64,000 nt of DNA from the human T2T-CHM13v2.0 reference genome, Homo sapiens: the NCBI RefSeq assembly GCF_009914755.1, contig NC_060926.1; one strand, written 5' to 3'. The notes under the pieces are model-generated. The model made no database searches and was not told where the DNA came from. It saw only the letters and a program-made list of their open reading frames with translations. Below, piece by piece: positions 18,222 through 32,630 of this stretch; position 1 is the first letter of the stretch; every line of letters starts with the position of its first letter. Both the position numbers and the translations under genes were made by a program.

Positions 18222-19742
18222 CTATTGTAATCTTTACAAGTAAAACAAAACTAAGGAAAAAGTGTGTTAAATATATCTCCAGTTAGGACCTGATGCATCG
18301 ATTCTTAGTTCTGCTAATGTTCAGTGCAACTGTCTTCCCTGTGATGAATTTGTGTTTGAGGTGTCCTTGGAAGCCTCATTCAGTAGGGAAGGAATGTGAG
18401 TGACTAAGTTTAACAACAATAAACGATGAACATTCTCAACTGTATGCTTTGTACAGATGCTTCACATACTAAATATCACCACGGAGTCTCCACTAAGCCT
18501 TAGCTGCACCCTTCTCATAAATACCCCGAGAAATGCCCAAAGATCAGGCACGGCTCATTAGGAAATGTAACGGAGTCGTGACTGAACACAAGTGACAGAT
18601 TTTAATTCAGATTAGCTCAACAGTGCAGTAAAGTCCAATCTTGATTCTGTCAGGGGTGGGGAGGGAGCAGAAACAAAAGAATGTCATAATCAAGGCCAGA
18701 CTTCAAGGAAGGGATAACTCTCCAATAGGCTGAAGAGTAAATGTATTTAATGTTTCAAGTATACAAGCATTATTCCTATAATGATATCAACACATTATTA
18801 AAAAACCGTATTTAACAAGGATTCTCAGCGGATCCAGCTTGCTTCCCATACTTTCAAAATGTCTGCTCTAACCTGGAATTAATGGGTAACAACCTTGTGG
18901 TCTTTGAAAATATTAATTTAGGTTAGACTCACAAAACTACAAACTTGAAGCAAGCAAAAATATGATGACGTGATAACCTTAAGCCTATTGTTTGTAATTG
19001 CTGCTTGCTTTTTCGATGCTAGTATTTTGGTAACAGTTCATAAAGCACACTGCCCTATCCATTTTCCTCCTGACATTTAGCATTGAAATCTATATTATAG
19101 ATGACACCAAGGCCAGTGCCAGATTCCACAAAAAGTTGGGGATGGAACAACCACTCAGGAAGCTTCTGTTAGCCAAAGTCCTTCCAAACCTGCAGGAAAA
19201 AAAAAAAAAAAAATATGCCCTAGCCTTTCCTTTCCTCTTCCCTTCCTTTCCCCTCTTCCCTTCCCTTTCTTTTCTCCCTCTCCTTGCCTTTTTCTTTAAC
19301 CTTCTCTTATTGTATCACTCCATTCACCGTATATTCTTTTTTCCTAAGAAATTGAATTCTCCCCTTTAAAAAATGGAGAGTATAATTTGGGGGGGGGGTA
19401 CCTCTTGAATATTCTTGAGATATTTGTTTGCTATGAAAAGTTTTTCACTTTTAACTCTTTGACTTTGCTTGACTCTGCTCTGCCTATACAAACTTGAATA
19501 TGTAGAAACAAGAATACAAGCTTCTGATTAACAACAGGGCCCTAATGATTGAGGCAAGCAGTTTTTTTCCCTTCTACATTTAATGGCTTTTTTCCTTGGG
19601 TTTCTCGAAAGTTATTTGGTTAATCTGGAGTCTTACTAAACTCAACACAATCCTAATTTTAGAATAACTAGAAAATATAATTTTGTTTCTCTGTGTGATT
19701 GTTAATGCTTGCTTATCTTGGGACTAAAAAATATAATTAATA

Positions 19743-20088
<346 letters not shown>

Positions 20089-20232
20089 TTAGTAAAAATT
20101 GTGTTTGAAACGGTTTATTTCAAAATAGTGTGTGCTCCTCAGAGTCATTTAATCAGTCAAGTAATCTGCTTTGTTTGGGGCAGTGAATAGATAAGCAGCA
20201 GGAAAAAAAAAAAGCTTAGGAAAAGACCTAAA

Positions 20233-20445
20233 TTGGGGTTTTTTAACGTTGGCACCATTGACATTTCAGGCTGGATAACTCTTTGTCGTGGGGTTGTACT
20301 GGGAACTGTAGGAGGTTTGGCAGCCTTCCTGGCCTCTACCCAACCAGTAGCAACCCCTTTCCTTGATATGTGACAATCAAAAAAAGTCTCCAGATATTGC
20401 TAAATATCCCCAGGGGGTCAAAATTGCCCCCAGTTGAGAACTACT
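20233..20445. mobile_element. MER20 (hAT-Charlie)
   Basis: ggcaccattgacattt...ggataactctttgt...gtctccagatattgc...cccccagttgagaac. Confidence 0.8.
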
Positions 20446-22521
20446 AACCTAAATTCAGCAGTGAAACTGTTTTATGAACTGTGTCTCTCTGAGATTTATT
20501 TCAGAAACTTTCAAAAATTAAAAACTGGGACAGAGCCTGCCTAAAATTTTACGTGGCTCTAAATTTTCCTCCGTCATTTGCCTAAGACAGCATGTCACAG
20601 GCTCTCTCTGGAGACCTGGGCCTGCTCCAGGTCTTTGATGATCTAATAGATCTTCTTTTCTGTCTCAGTATTCTGGACAATGACAGCATAATCAATGCGC
20701 TGATGCTGAAAACATGCTGAGAAAACAATGGGAACAGGGTCAAATCGTCCTGAAGAAAGATTCTTTTTTAGTAGCATGGACCAGACATAACATTGTGATA
20801 TACATTTTTCATAAAGCAGAAAACTCCATGATTCAAGGAGAAGTAAAAATCATTCTTTTTATTGTATTCAAGTCCAGTATACATCCATGCATGGATGGAG
20901 TTAAGATATAGTGACAAAAGGAGAAATCTCGAAATATGCTACCAGGTGGCTTAAAAATCACAGCTGAATCTATACGGTCAACTTGGCAGTAAAACACGTT
21001 ACTTATTTCCTGTTTGGGAAAAATACCGCACTATGCTTCCTAGATTCAACTGAATTATGAAATGCAGAAATTGAAATGGGTACAAAAAGTATACTATTTT
21101 TTTATCCCTCCCCCCGCCCCCCGTTTCCTTTCTTCTTTCCTTCCTTTTTTTTCTGACAGCATTCACACATAGAAGAAAAGTTGATTCAATGCATCTGGAT
21201 TGTGAAATAAAGCATAAGGTGTGGACAGGCAGTACAAGTATTGCATACTGTTAATGTTTAATTAAATATTTGAAATCAAACAGTTGACTTAGCAAGTGCT
21301 ATAAAGAAGAGAGTGTAGATTTTACTAGCTTCTCCATAGCTTGGAAAAAAATTCAGATTGTACCAACCAAGGACAGGTTTTCAGTCATAAAAGCTAAACA
21401 TTATTCCATGGATGGCTCCTAGTGGGTGACTTTGGCTCCCTGGCTGCACTGCCCATGTGACTTTACAGATCAGAAAACATCTTCTACTAGGCGAGTTAAG
21501 AGGGGGTCAGACCAATGAGTGGCTAATTTGTAAGGATTTCACTTAACTGAAAGACACCCTTCTGAGTGCTTTCTAAACCCCATTAACAGAAATTAGTGTT
21601 AAAAGTTAAAAACCAGTAATAACCTGACCTTCAAGCATGCTATACTATAAACTGAACTCTCTATTTTCTGGCTACTGCATTTTCCACTACCAGCCCTAGC
21701 TCAGGTTGCTTCCTCTGCCTGAGATGTTCTTTCCTCCCAGCGCCATGTGCACTCCAAATCCTGCCCATCTTAACTGCTACTTCCTCCAAGAAGTCTCCCT
21801 TCCCTTATCCTTCAAGACTGAGGGACTCATGCCTTCCTGTGAACTGCCTTAGTGAATTATCTCACCCCTCTTGTGACACTTCACTTTCTGTCTTGTTTTA
21901 AGATCTTTTGTGTTTCCTTTTTTATTCCATTTTATTATATAAAAGTCCTTTGTGGAAAGGACTTGCACCTGGTTCCTTGTTCCATTCCCCACACCACATG
22001 GCTCGGGACTTTGTACACTGTTTAGCAGATAACAATTTAAATGAATGACCCATTAGATATCATGTTGGTGTCTGATATTTGTTCTACCCAGAGTGAGTCC
22101 ATCTGGAGGGTGAGATAATGTCGTTCAGCTCCTTTCCAACCCCATCAGCAGTCCTAGGTGAAGAAAGGCAAAGGCCTGTTATAGATCAACTCCCTGGACT
22201 AATGTTGCAATCATTCTCTTTGCAAACATGTGTCAGCGTTTCTGCTTCCATATCTTTCTACATATCCGCAGTGAACAAACTCCCTAAGAAACACTGGCTT
22301 ATTGAAATGGGGCATGTTACTAAATACACAGCATTCTTTTTATCTCCCTTCTCTGCTGTATAACACACCAACCTCCACTTGCACATTCAGAAATATAAAA
22401 ATGATTACATTATGTAAATCCAACCCCTTTGTAGGGATCACTGCCAGAGAGATGTTAAAATGACATTACACCTGACCTTTCTGAAAAGGATAATGCTCCA
22501 GAAGTAAATTCTTACAAATGA

Positions 22522-22891
<370 letters not shown>

Positions 22892-23544
22892 TAAAGAAAC
22901 CCCTATTGGCTTGTTATTTTATATAAATAAGCATTTTGATTAAAAGAACTATTTGAACTGAATATTTTCTCCCACAGAATGGGAATTAGATTTCTTTAAC
23001 TTAGCCTGGCTTAGGGTCTCTCTGTCTTCCTTTTTTTGAAGATCTGAAACTCTGGCAAAACAATGTCATATTTTCTGCTAATTTGTGGTTATTGTCCTTT
23101 TGCAGGATTTGAATCTTATATGAAGTTTATTTTGTCACCAGGACTATATACCAGAATTTGAGTCTCAGCTGGTATCGGTGGGGGAAGGCCATGGTGGTCT
23201 ACTGGACAGCACCTGGAAAAAGATGGCATTTGAGTTTGGGCTATGCCACTACTGGCAGTTTGGTTTGGGGAAAGCCAAGTCTTCGCCTCTCAGTCTCCTA
23301 TCTGAAAAATTGAGACAATAACAATACATATTTCCCAGAATTTTTGTGAGATTTTAATGAGATAATGCATGAGAAAATGCACTGTATACAATACTATACA
23401 AATACCAACCCTTCTTCCTATATCACCAGACTCTGCCACATTCATTGAAATCAGCACTTGGTGTTTACGAACATCTTCTCCATATGAGATGCAGAGGACA
23501 GAAATTTAAGAGATGCTGACCTTGCCTTTGCAGAGTATTTAACC

Positions 23545-24214
<670 letters not shown>

Positions 24215-24519
24215 TGAATCTAAAAAAGTGGCTTTTCTTCTGTGAGTATTGGTTTCCTCATCTGTAAAATGGAAGTAGTAATAACTATTTTTCGAGAACA
24301 AAGGAGGTAATACACATGAAGCATTGGCATAGTACCTGTCACGTCTAGTTGCTCAGTAAATGGTACCTTTTCAAAGAATAAGAAAAGTGCCCACCTAGTA
24401 TTATAAGGCTTCAAATTAATAAGCAAGAACCATTATGTCTAGTTCGAAAAGTCTGGAAAGGCTTTATAGAAGATTTAGAATCTGAGCAGAGGCTCAATGT
24501 ACAAACAGATTTCTGCATT

Positions 24520-24750
24520 TGAAGATAATAGCAGCAATGGCCAATATTTGCCACACACTGTTCAAAGCACTTTACATGTATTAACTCATTTAATACCAAA
24601 ACGCAGTTGGTATTTTCATCCCCATTTTGCAAATGAGAAGACTGAGGTACCAGAGTTGAAGAGACTAACCCATAGTCTCACAGATGATTTGGGGGAGAGC
24701 AAGGACCAGACCTAAACAGTCTGGTTCCTGAGCCTCAGCTCATAACCACC
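24520..24750. mobile_element. MIR
   Basis: Core cccattttgcaaatgagaagactgagg. Confidence 0.7.
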
Positions 24751-24768
24751 ACTTAGAAGGGGCAGTGG

Positions 24769-25062
24769 GGACCAATGCAGTGGCTCATGCCTATAATCCC
24801 AGCACTTTGGGAGGTGGAGGCAGGAGAATTGCTTGAGCCTAGGAATTCAAGACCAGCCTGGGCAACATAGAAAGACTCCATCTCTTAAAAAAAATAGCTG
24901 GGTGTGAGGGTGTGGGCCTGTAGTCCTAGCTACTAGGGAGGCTGAGGTGTGAGGATGGCTTGTGCCCAGGAGATCAAGGCTACGATGAGCTATGATTACT
25001 CCACTGCATTCCAGCTTGGGGGACAGTGCAAGACTCTGTGTCCAAAAAAATAAAAATAAATA
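24769..25062 (+). mobile_element. AluJ
   Basis: Diverged dimer (ttgagcctaggaattcaagaccagcctgggcaacatag). Confidence 0.85.
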
Positions 25063-26539
25063 AACAGAATGGGACAGTGAGCTGGAGGGTGAGAGGGATG
25101 GAGGAGACAGGCAACCAAAAGCATTATAGGTGCAGAGATGATGAATGAAAACCCTAGGGTCTTCCCCTCCTGAGAGAAAGTAGTGTGAATAGGTCAGAGG
25201 CACAGTGGGAAAGGAGCCCTGTGTGATGGAAAAACTGGGGAGACAAAAGGCCAGAGGGAGAGTGTTGTCACTGAGTTGCAGAGAGGTGGCCTCACCACTG
25301 AGCCCAGTTCATACCTGTTGATTATGAAGGCAGCAAGAAGGAGAGTTCCAGATTTTGCAAGTCCAGGCCAGATGTAAACATAAGGCCAGTGTTTTCTTAG
25401 GAGGCTACCTGGTCCAAGAGGGCAAGGTAATCCCCTCCTCTGTCCACAAAATGCTGCTGACCTTTGACTTTTGCCAGAAAAGCTTTCATCTGGTGTCACC
25501 TCTCACCAGGTCCTGGCAATTATGTACATTTCTTAAAAAGGTTAGACTAGCAATTTTTCAAGCTTGCACAGTAGAATGTCATTGTGTGCATGTTTAATTA
25601 ATCAAGCTGGCATCTAGACTGTGAAAAGCAAGTCTGCAAAGCACCTTGAAGAAAATAATAAACATCCTTCAGTCTTTAAAACACAAACTGCAACAAAAAT
25701 GAACACTTTCCTTAAGAATCATGAGGACTCAATGGATGCCAAGTTTGCATGTTATTCTGCATGAAATTTCCTCCTCTCTCTCTCAAATTCAGAGTTTTAT
25801 AGACAATTTCATCAGGCCAGAAGTGTCAGACTTTCTCTTCGATGGAATCATGATGTCTTTATATGGCCAAATATTGTTAGCATTTAGATTCAAGGTTACT
25901 TCCTCTGCAAAAGTTAATTGGATGGGATGATGGTTATTCAATGATAATACATTACACTGTCTTACTGTAACCCCTGGGCCTGTCATTTCATTAACAGTCC
26001 AGAGAGCATGTCTCACTAAGGCTTTTTGGCTCCTAAACACATGAGGTCACCTCTGCATGCAAAATGAGTCCCTAAAAGGTAGTTAGCATAAATTACTTTA
26101 TCACTCAACCACAAAAGCATCTTTCTTTTGGCAAAATGTTTCTGACTTTTAAGTAACTTCCTTGTACGTGCATTTTTGCTTCCTATACTCATCATTCAAT
26201 GAAGCAAAACCTAATGTTCTATTAGAATAATCTAGGCAACTGTTTTTTTTTGCCAGGAAGACCCAAGGAAATGCTATAATCGTCTTTGGTTAATTTTTTT
26301 TATTTAAAAAATTACTACTCTTAAAATAAATTACTGTGTAAACTCTGCTAGTGGTTTTGTCAATTTTGCTCCCATTAAAATAGGTAAATTACATCAATTA
26401 ATATATACTAAGGAGAGAGTTAAATGATACCTATTATGTGTTCACACTTTCTAGTCTGTTTCCCTCCCATTTCCTTACTTCAGAAACCCCCTAGAGGTGA
26501 TGTTCTTGCTACTAATCAGCAGTTAACCAGAACAATGGC

Positions 26540-27125
26540 TTTATTCATTTATTTATTCATTCAACCATTTATTCATCAAATACTAACTGAGCACCTATTA
26601 TGTGCCTAGCACTATTCAAGGAACTTGGAATACATTAATGAAAAAGCAGGAAGAGATTCCTGCCCTCCTGGGGCTTAAAGTCTCATAAGGGATAGTTAGA
26701 TAATAAATAATAAACATAAAAAATACAAGAACTATATAGTATATTGAAAGTTCACAAGTGATCTGGAAAAAATAAAAAATGGCACCAGGGGAGTGGAAAA
26801 CTGGTATACGCAGCAGGGAGGAAGGGGCAGACTGCCATATTAAATAGGGTAATCATGGACAGGCCTGGCTGAGAAATAGGGATGGAGAGAAGTGAAGGAG
26901 TTAACCAAGCCGATACCTGGCTTAAAGCAGAGGCAACAGCTAGAGTAAAGGCCCCAGGCAGGAGCTTGGCATGTTCCCAATGTGGCAAGAAGGTCTGAGT
27001 GGCTGGAATGAATGGGAGAGAAGAAAGAGCTTTGTGGGACAGGAGGTCAGGGGTGCTGGGGGACAGGGTGGACACTGCAGGAATTTGAGTAGCAACATGA
27101 TCTGACTCAGTGTTTAAAAGGATTC
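26540..27125 (-). mobile_element. L2 3' fragment
   Basis: (TTCA)n-like tail attcatttattcattcaacc followed by actgagcacctattatgtgcc. Confidence 0.7.
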
Positions 27126-27858
27126 CCCTTTAGGGCCTTTTAGGGCATGGTGGCTTATGCCTGTAATCCCAGCACTTTGGGGAGGCCAAGGTAGGGGGAT
27201 TGCTTGAGCCCAGGGGTTGAGACCAGCCTAGGCAATACAGTAATACCCCTGTCTCTACATAAACAAACAAACAAAGGACCCCGCTAGTACTGGGTTGAGA
27301 ATGGACAGTGGAGGGGGCTCAGTGTGGAAGCAGGAAGACCAAATTACTATATTCTACAGTCACATTAGAAAATACTAAAAACCCTTTTTGGTTTACATTG
27401 TTGTAAACCAGACTTAGAACTAGAAACAAACAAACAAAAAAACTTCCTGTTCAGTCACCTTCTTGGACTACATCCCTTGCATAGAAACTTCAGCACCCTC
27501 CTGGAGGAAGGTACATTCCTAGCCCCCTGGCTTTTCTACGTTGGAGGAGCATCAGATCCGCTTAAGCTAACTTGGTAGTGCCCTGTGGGGGCGGTGCAAT
27601 TACGTCACAGAAGACAGTCATCAAGTCAAGGGGCACAGAGGCAAACACAAGGGTGGGAAGTTCCAGAAGTAGTTCCAGAATGCTTGCTTGGTGATGCAAA
27701 CCAGGACTGGAATCAGGGAAGGGGGGCCAGCAGGTGCTCTATGCTCACTGTGTCTCACTGATGCTAAAGACAGAGTGCATGTTCTTTGATATTTAGAGTA
27801 ACAAGATGCAAAATAGCAAACCTTACCTCACTCTGTTTTTGCCTTTGAACTGTCATGA

Positions 27859-28196
<338 letters not shown>

Positions 28197-28845
28197 TTTT
28201 TTTCCCCCCCTTTTCCAAAGTCTAATATTAGGGATATAGTCCACTGAGAGAACAATCACCGATACATAAAAGGGCATCACAAAATGGAGACCCAAGATCG
28301 AAGGGCAATAATGAGATTGAATTTTATGCTTCTGAGGACCTGCCTTCATAGTCTGTGAAAAAATAAGTAAGAAGCAAGAATACTTGGGGCTTTCTTAATT
28401 ATTTCACATGACTGAGAATGCAGGAGTACAGCTATTAGAAGAAATCCTAGGAGAGATTACTGCCCTAGAAAGAGAGGTCTCTGGGCCTCTGCTGAATCAA
28501 GTAAAGCCATCAGAAAGTTCAAATGAGACTACAGGGAACTATCACAAGAGACTGGAAGCAATGTGGGAAGGTCATCTAGCCACAGAGTGGCAAACAGGGT
28601 ACAGATCTCACAGCCAACTGGGATCATTAGCAGCATCTTCTGGAGCAGAGAGTTAGTTGCAAGGGATTCCAAGGCTACACGTGGTATTAGCTAGAAATGG
28701 TGTAATGAACATGAGTGATGCCGGCTCCACGTGAAAGAGGCAGGAGTGGTGTATAGTTAACATTCTTGATGGGTCGGTTCTTTTGCCTTCTTATCTGTCT
28801 ACATTCAGACCATCTTAGAAAGATGAGATGCTAATTCTATTTTTA

Positions 28846-29155
<310 letters not shown>

Positions 29156-29357
29156 GCATGAAGAGGACATGATATATAATCCTTTCAGAAATGCAAAGAT
29201 TAAAATGAATTCTTAAAAAAGAATTCTTAAAATGAATTCTTCTTCTTTTATCCGAGGTGGGACTGCTTTAATGTAAATCTGGTTTCTGTTGTCCTGGCCT
29301 TTGTGGAGAATGGAGGAGTACCATGTCCAGGAATCCATCTGTGTCTATGGTCTAGAT

Positions 29358-29582
29358 CGGGGGTGTCCAATCTTTTGGCTTCCCTGGGCCACACTGGAAG
29401 AAGAAGAATTGTCTTGGGCCACACATAAAATACACTAATACTAACGATAGCTGATGAGCTGTTAAAAAAAAATCACAGAAAACCTCATAGTGTTTAAAGA
29501 AAGTTTATGAATTTGTGTTGGGCCGCATTCAAAGCTGTCCTGTGCCCCGTGCGGCCCACAGGCGGTGGGTCGGACAAACTTA
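29358..29582. mobile_element. MER30 (hAT-Charlie MITE)
   Basis: ggggtgtccaatcttttggcttccctgggccacactggaagaagaagaattgtcttgggccacacataaaatacac; degenerate 8-bp TSD gtctagat/gtctacct. Confidence 0.85.
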
Positions 29583-29928
29583 GTCTACCTGTTAGACACT
29601 CTCCTTCCTCTGGCCCATCCTCCTTAAATCCAGGGTTCCCCTCCCTCTGTTCCCACCCCCTGACCTTTGTTGCCCCTGTAGACAAACTGGAGACTTCAGA
29701 TTCAGACAGAGGGAACCTCAGGGAGACGATGCATTGTGGAGAATCTGGGTTCCTGTTTTGGTTCTGCCATCAGATCCCTCGTTTTCCTTAGTAGAATGAG
29801 GGGGATTTTAACCTTGGGCACGGGATCAGCCTGAGATGATATTTTACGTGTCTGGTGCATAGTTAAGGAAAGGGGAGTGGTATCTTTTATCTGATTCTCA
29901 AAAGGGGCTCTAACTCTAAACCTGTTGA

Positions 29929-30225
<297 letters not shown>

Positions 30226-30229
30226 TCTA

Positions 30230-30595
<366 letters not shown>

Positions 30596-31034
30596 TCATG
30601 CAATCATATACCCTATGTATGATGCTCACAGCTGGAAGATGTAGCAAAATACTCTTCAAATGGCAACTTCTAGATCTTATAGAGAATGGACCCATATTTA
30701 TCAGATTTGAAGATGTTTAAAATAGACCAAAAATGTAACCTGTATAAAAAAGGAGAAATAGGGGTTGTTAAAATTTCCCTGAAAGCCCATGTGTAATAAA
30801 AATGAGTCATTATTCTAGAGGGTTTCCTGCCTTTTAAGGGCTGTAAATCAGAAGCAATGCTTATGGGAGACAAGGCCACGCTCCCCAGGTCTCCTGGGGG
30901 CGGCGGCAGCAGCACCCTCGTCCTGGCTGTGGTCCACGGTGCCTGGCTGCGACTAAGGCTGCAGAATGTTGAGTTGCTGTTCTGCGGTTTTGCCACATTC
31001 ATCAAATGTGGTTATTGTCAACTAGATAAAGTAT

Positions 31035-31270
31035 AGTACGGTGATTATGAGCACAGTTTCTGAATCAGACTGTCCAATCCTGGATCTCCCCTGGGAGCTT
31101 GAGCAAGCAACTTAATTTTTCTGTGCCTCAGTTTCTTTACCTGTAAAATAGAAATAATCCTATCACCTACTTCATAAAGTTCCTATGAGGATAAAGTGAT
31201 TTAATGTATGAACAGCACTTAGAACAGTGTCTGGCAGATAGTAAGCATTCTATGTACTTGGATAGTAATA
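31035..31270. mobile_element. MIR
   Basis: ctgtgcctcagtttctttacctgtaaaatagaaataat...agcacttagaacagtgtctggca. Confidence 0.75.
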
Positions 31271-31424
31271 GCATTCCAAATATTACTTATCCAATCCATA
31301 GTATTGGATATGTAAAAGCATAGAAAAAAGGTCTGGAAAGGTAACGATGTGCTGCGACTGCTGGACGAGGCGATGTGAATGGGAGAGTGTGAGCTGTGGG
31401 CTGGGGAACTTTTGGCTTTACTGG

Positions 31425-31857
31425 CTGTGTTAGCTTCCCAGGGCTTCTGTAACAAACTGTCACAAGCTAGGTGGTTGAAAATAACAGGGATTTATGCTCA
31501 CAATTCTTTAGGCTACAGGTGAGGAATCAAGGAATCAGCAGGTCCAAAGGCTCTAGGGAAGAATCCTTCCTTGCCTCTTCCAGTTTCTGGTGGTCCTAGG
31601 TGTTCCTCGGCTCGTGGCAGCATGACTCCCACCTCTGCCTCCATCATCACATGGCCTTCCTCCCCGTATGTCTGTATGTGTCCTCTCTTCTTCTCATAGA
31701 GACACTAGTCATTGGATTTAGGGCCCACTCTAAATCAGAATGATTTCATCTTGAGTTCTCCAATGAATCACATCTTCAAAGGTCCTATTTCTAAATAAGG
31801 TCACATCCTGAGGTTCTGGTTGAATGTGAAGTTTTAGGAGATGCTTCAACTCACTAT
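31425..31857 (-). mobile_element. MLT1B/C-like MaLR solo LTR
   Basis: tgtgttagcttccc...gtaacaaac...aaggctctagggaagaatccttccttgcctcttccag...ggatttagggcccac...aataaggtcacat. Confidence 0.8.
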
Positions 31858-31899
31858 ACCAGCATTGTTTTGTTTTGTTTTGCTTTCTTTTAAAAATGA

Positions 31900-32232
<333 letters not shown>

Positions 32233-32389
32233 CTACTTAGGATATTAAACAACAAAATGAAACAAGAAAATATATATATAAAATATAATATACATTATAC
32301 TATGGGAAGCTAATGTATACATGTATACACTTGCTTATTCTGTCTAGGTTGTAGAGGAGGTTGTTGATGGGAAAAGAGGGAAATACAAT

Positions 32390-32630
32390 GATTGCTAACA
32401 CTTGTAGAATGCTTACTATCTGCCAGACATTGTTTTAAGTGCTTTTCGTATATTAAATCACTTAATCCTCATTGGAACCTTATGAAGTAGGTGGTATGAT
32501 CATTTCTATTTTATAGGTGAAGAAACTGAAGCACAGAAAAGTTAAGTTGCTTGCTCAAGCTCCCAGGGGAGATCCAGGCTTGGACAGTCTGATTCAGAAA
32601 CTTTGCTGATACCACCATGCTGTACTGTCC
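32390..32630. mobile_element. MIR
   Basis: attttataggtgaagaaactgaagcacagaaaagttaagttgcttgctcaag. Confidence 0.7.

Noticed and set aside
29200-29242. Short tandem repeats such as taaaatgaattct x3; also the 17-bp duplication at 3512-3544 and 12-mers near 49668-49707
   Set aside because: Ordinary slippage duplications with no sign of function.
30880-30990. Small GC/CpG-enriched patch (ggcggcggcagcagcaccctcg...)
   Set aside because: Too short for a CpG island; I cannot assign it to a pseudogene or element from sequence alone.
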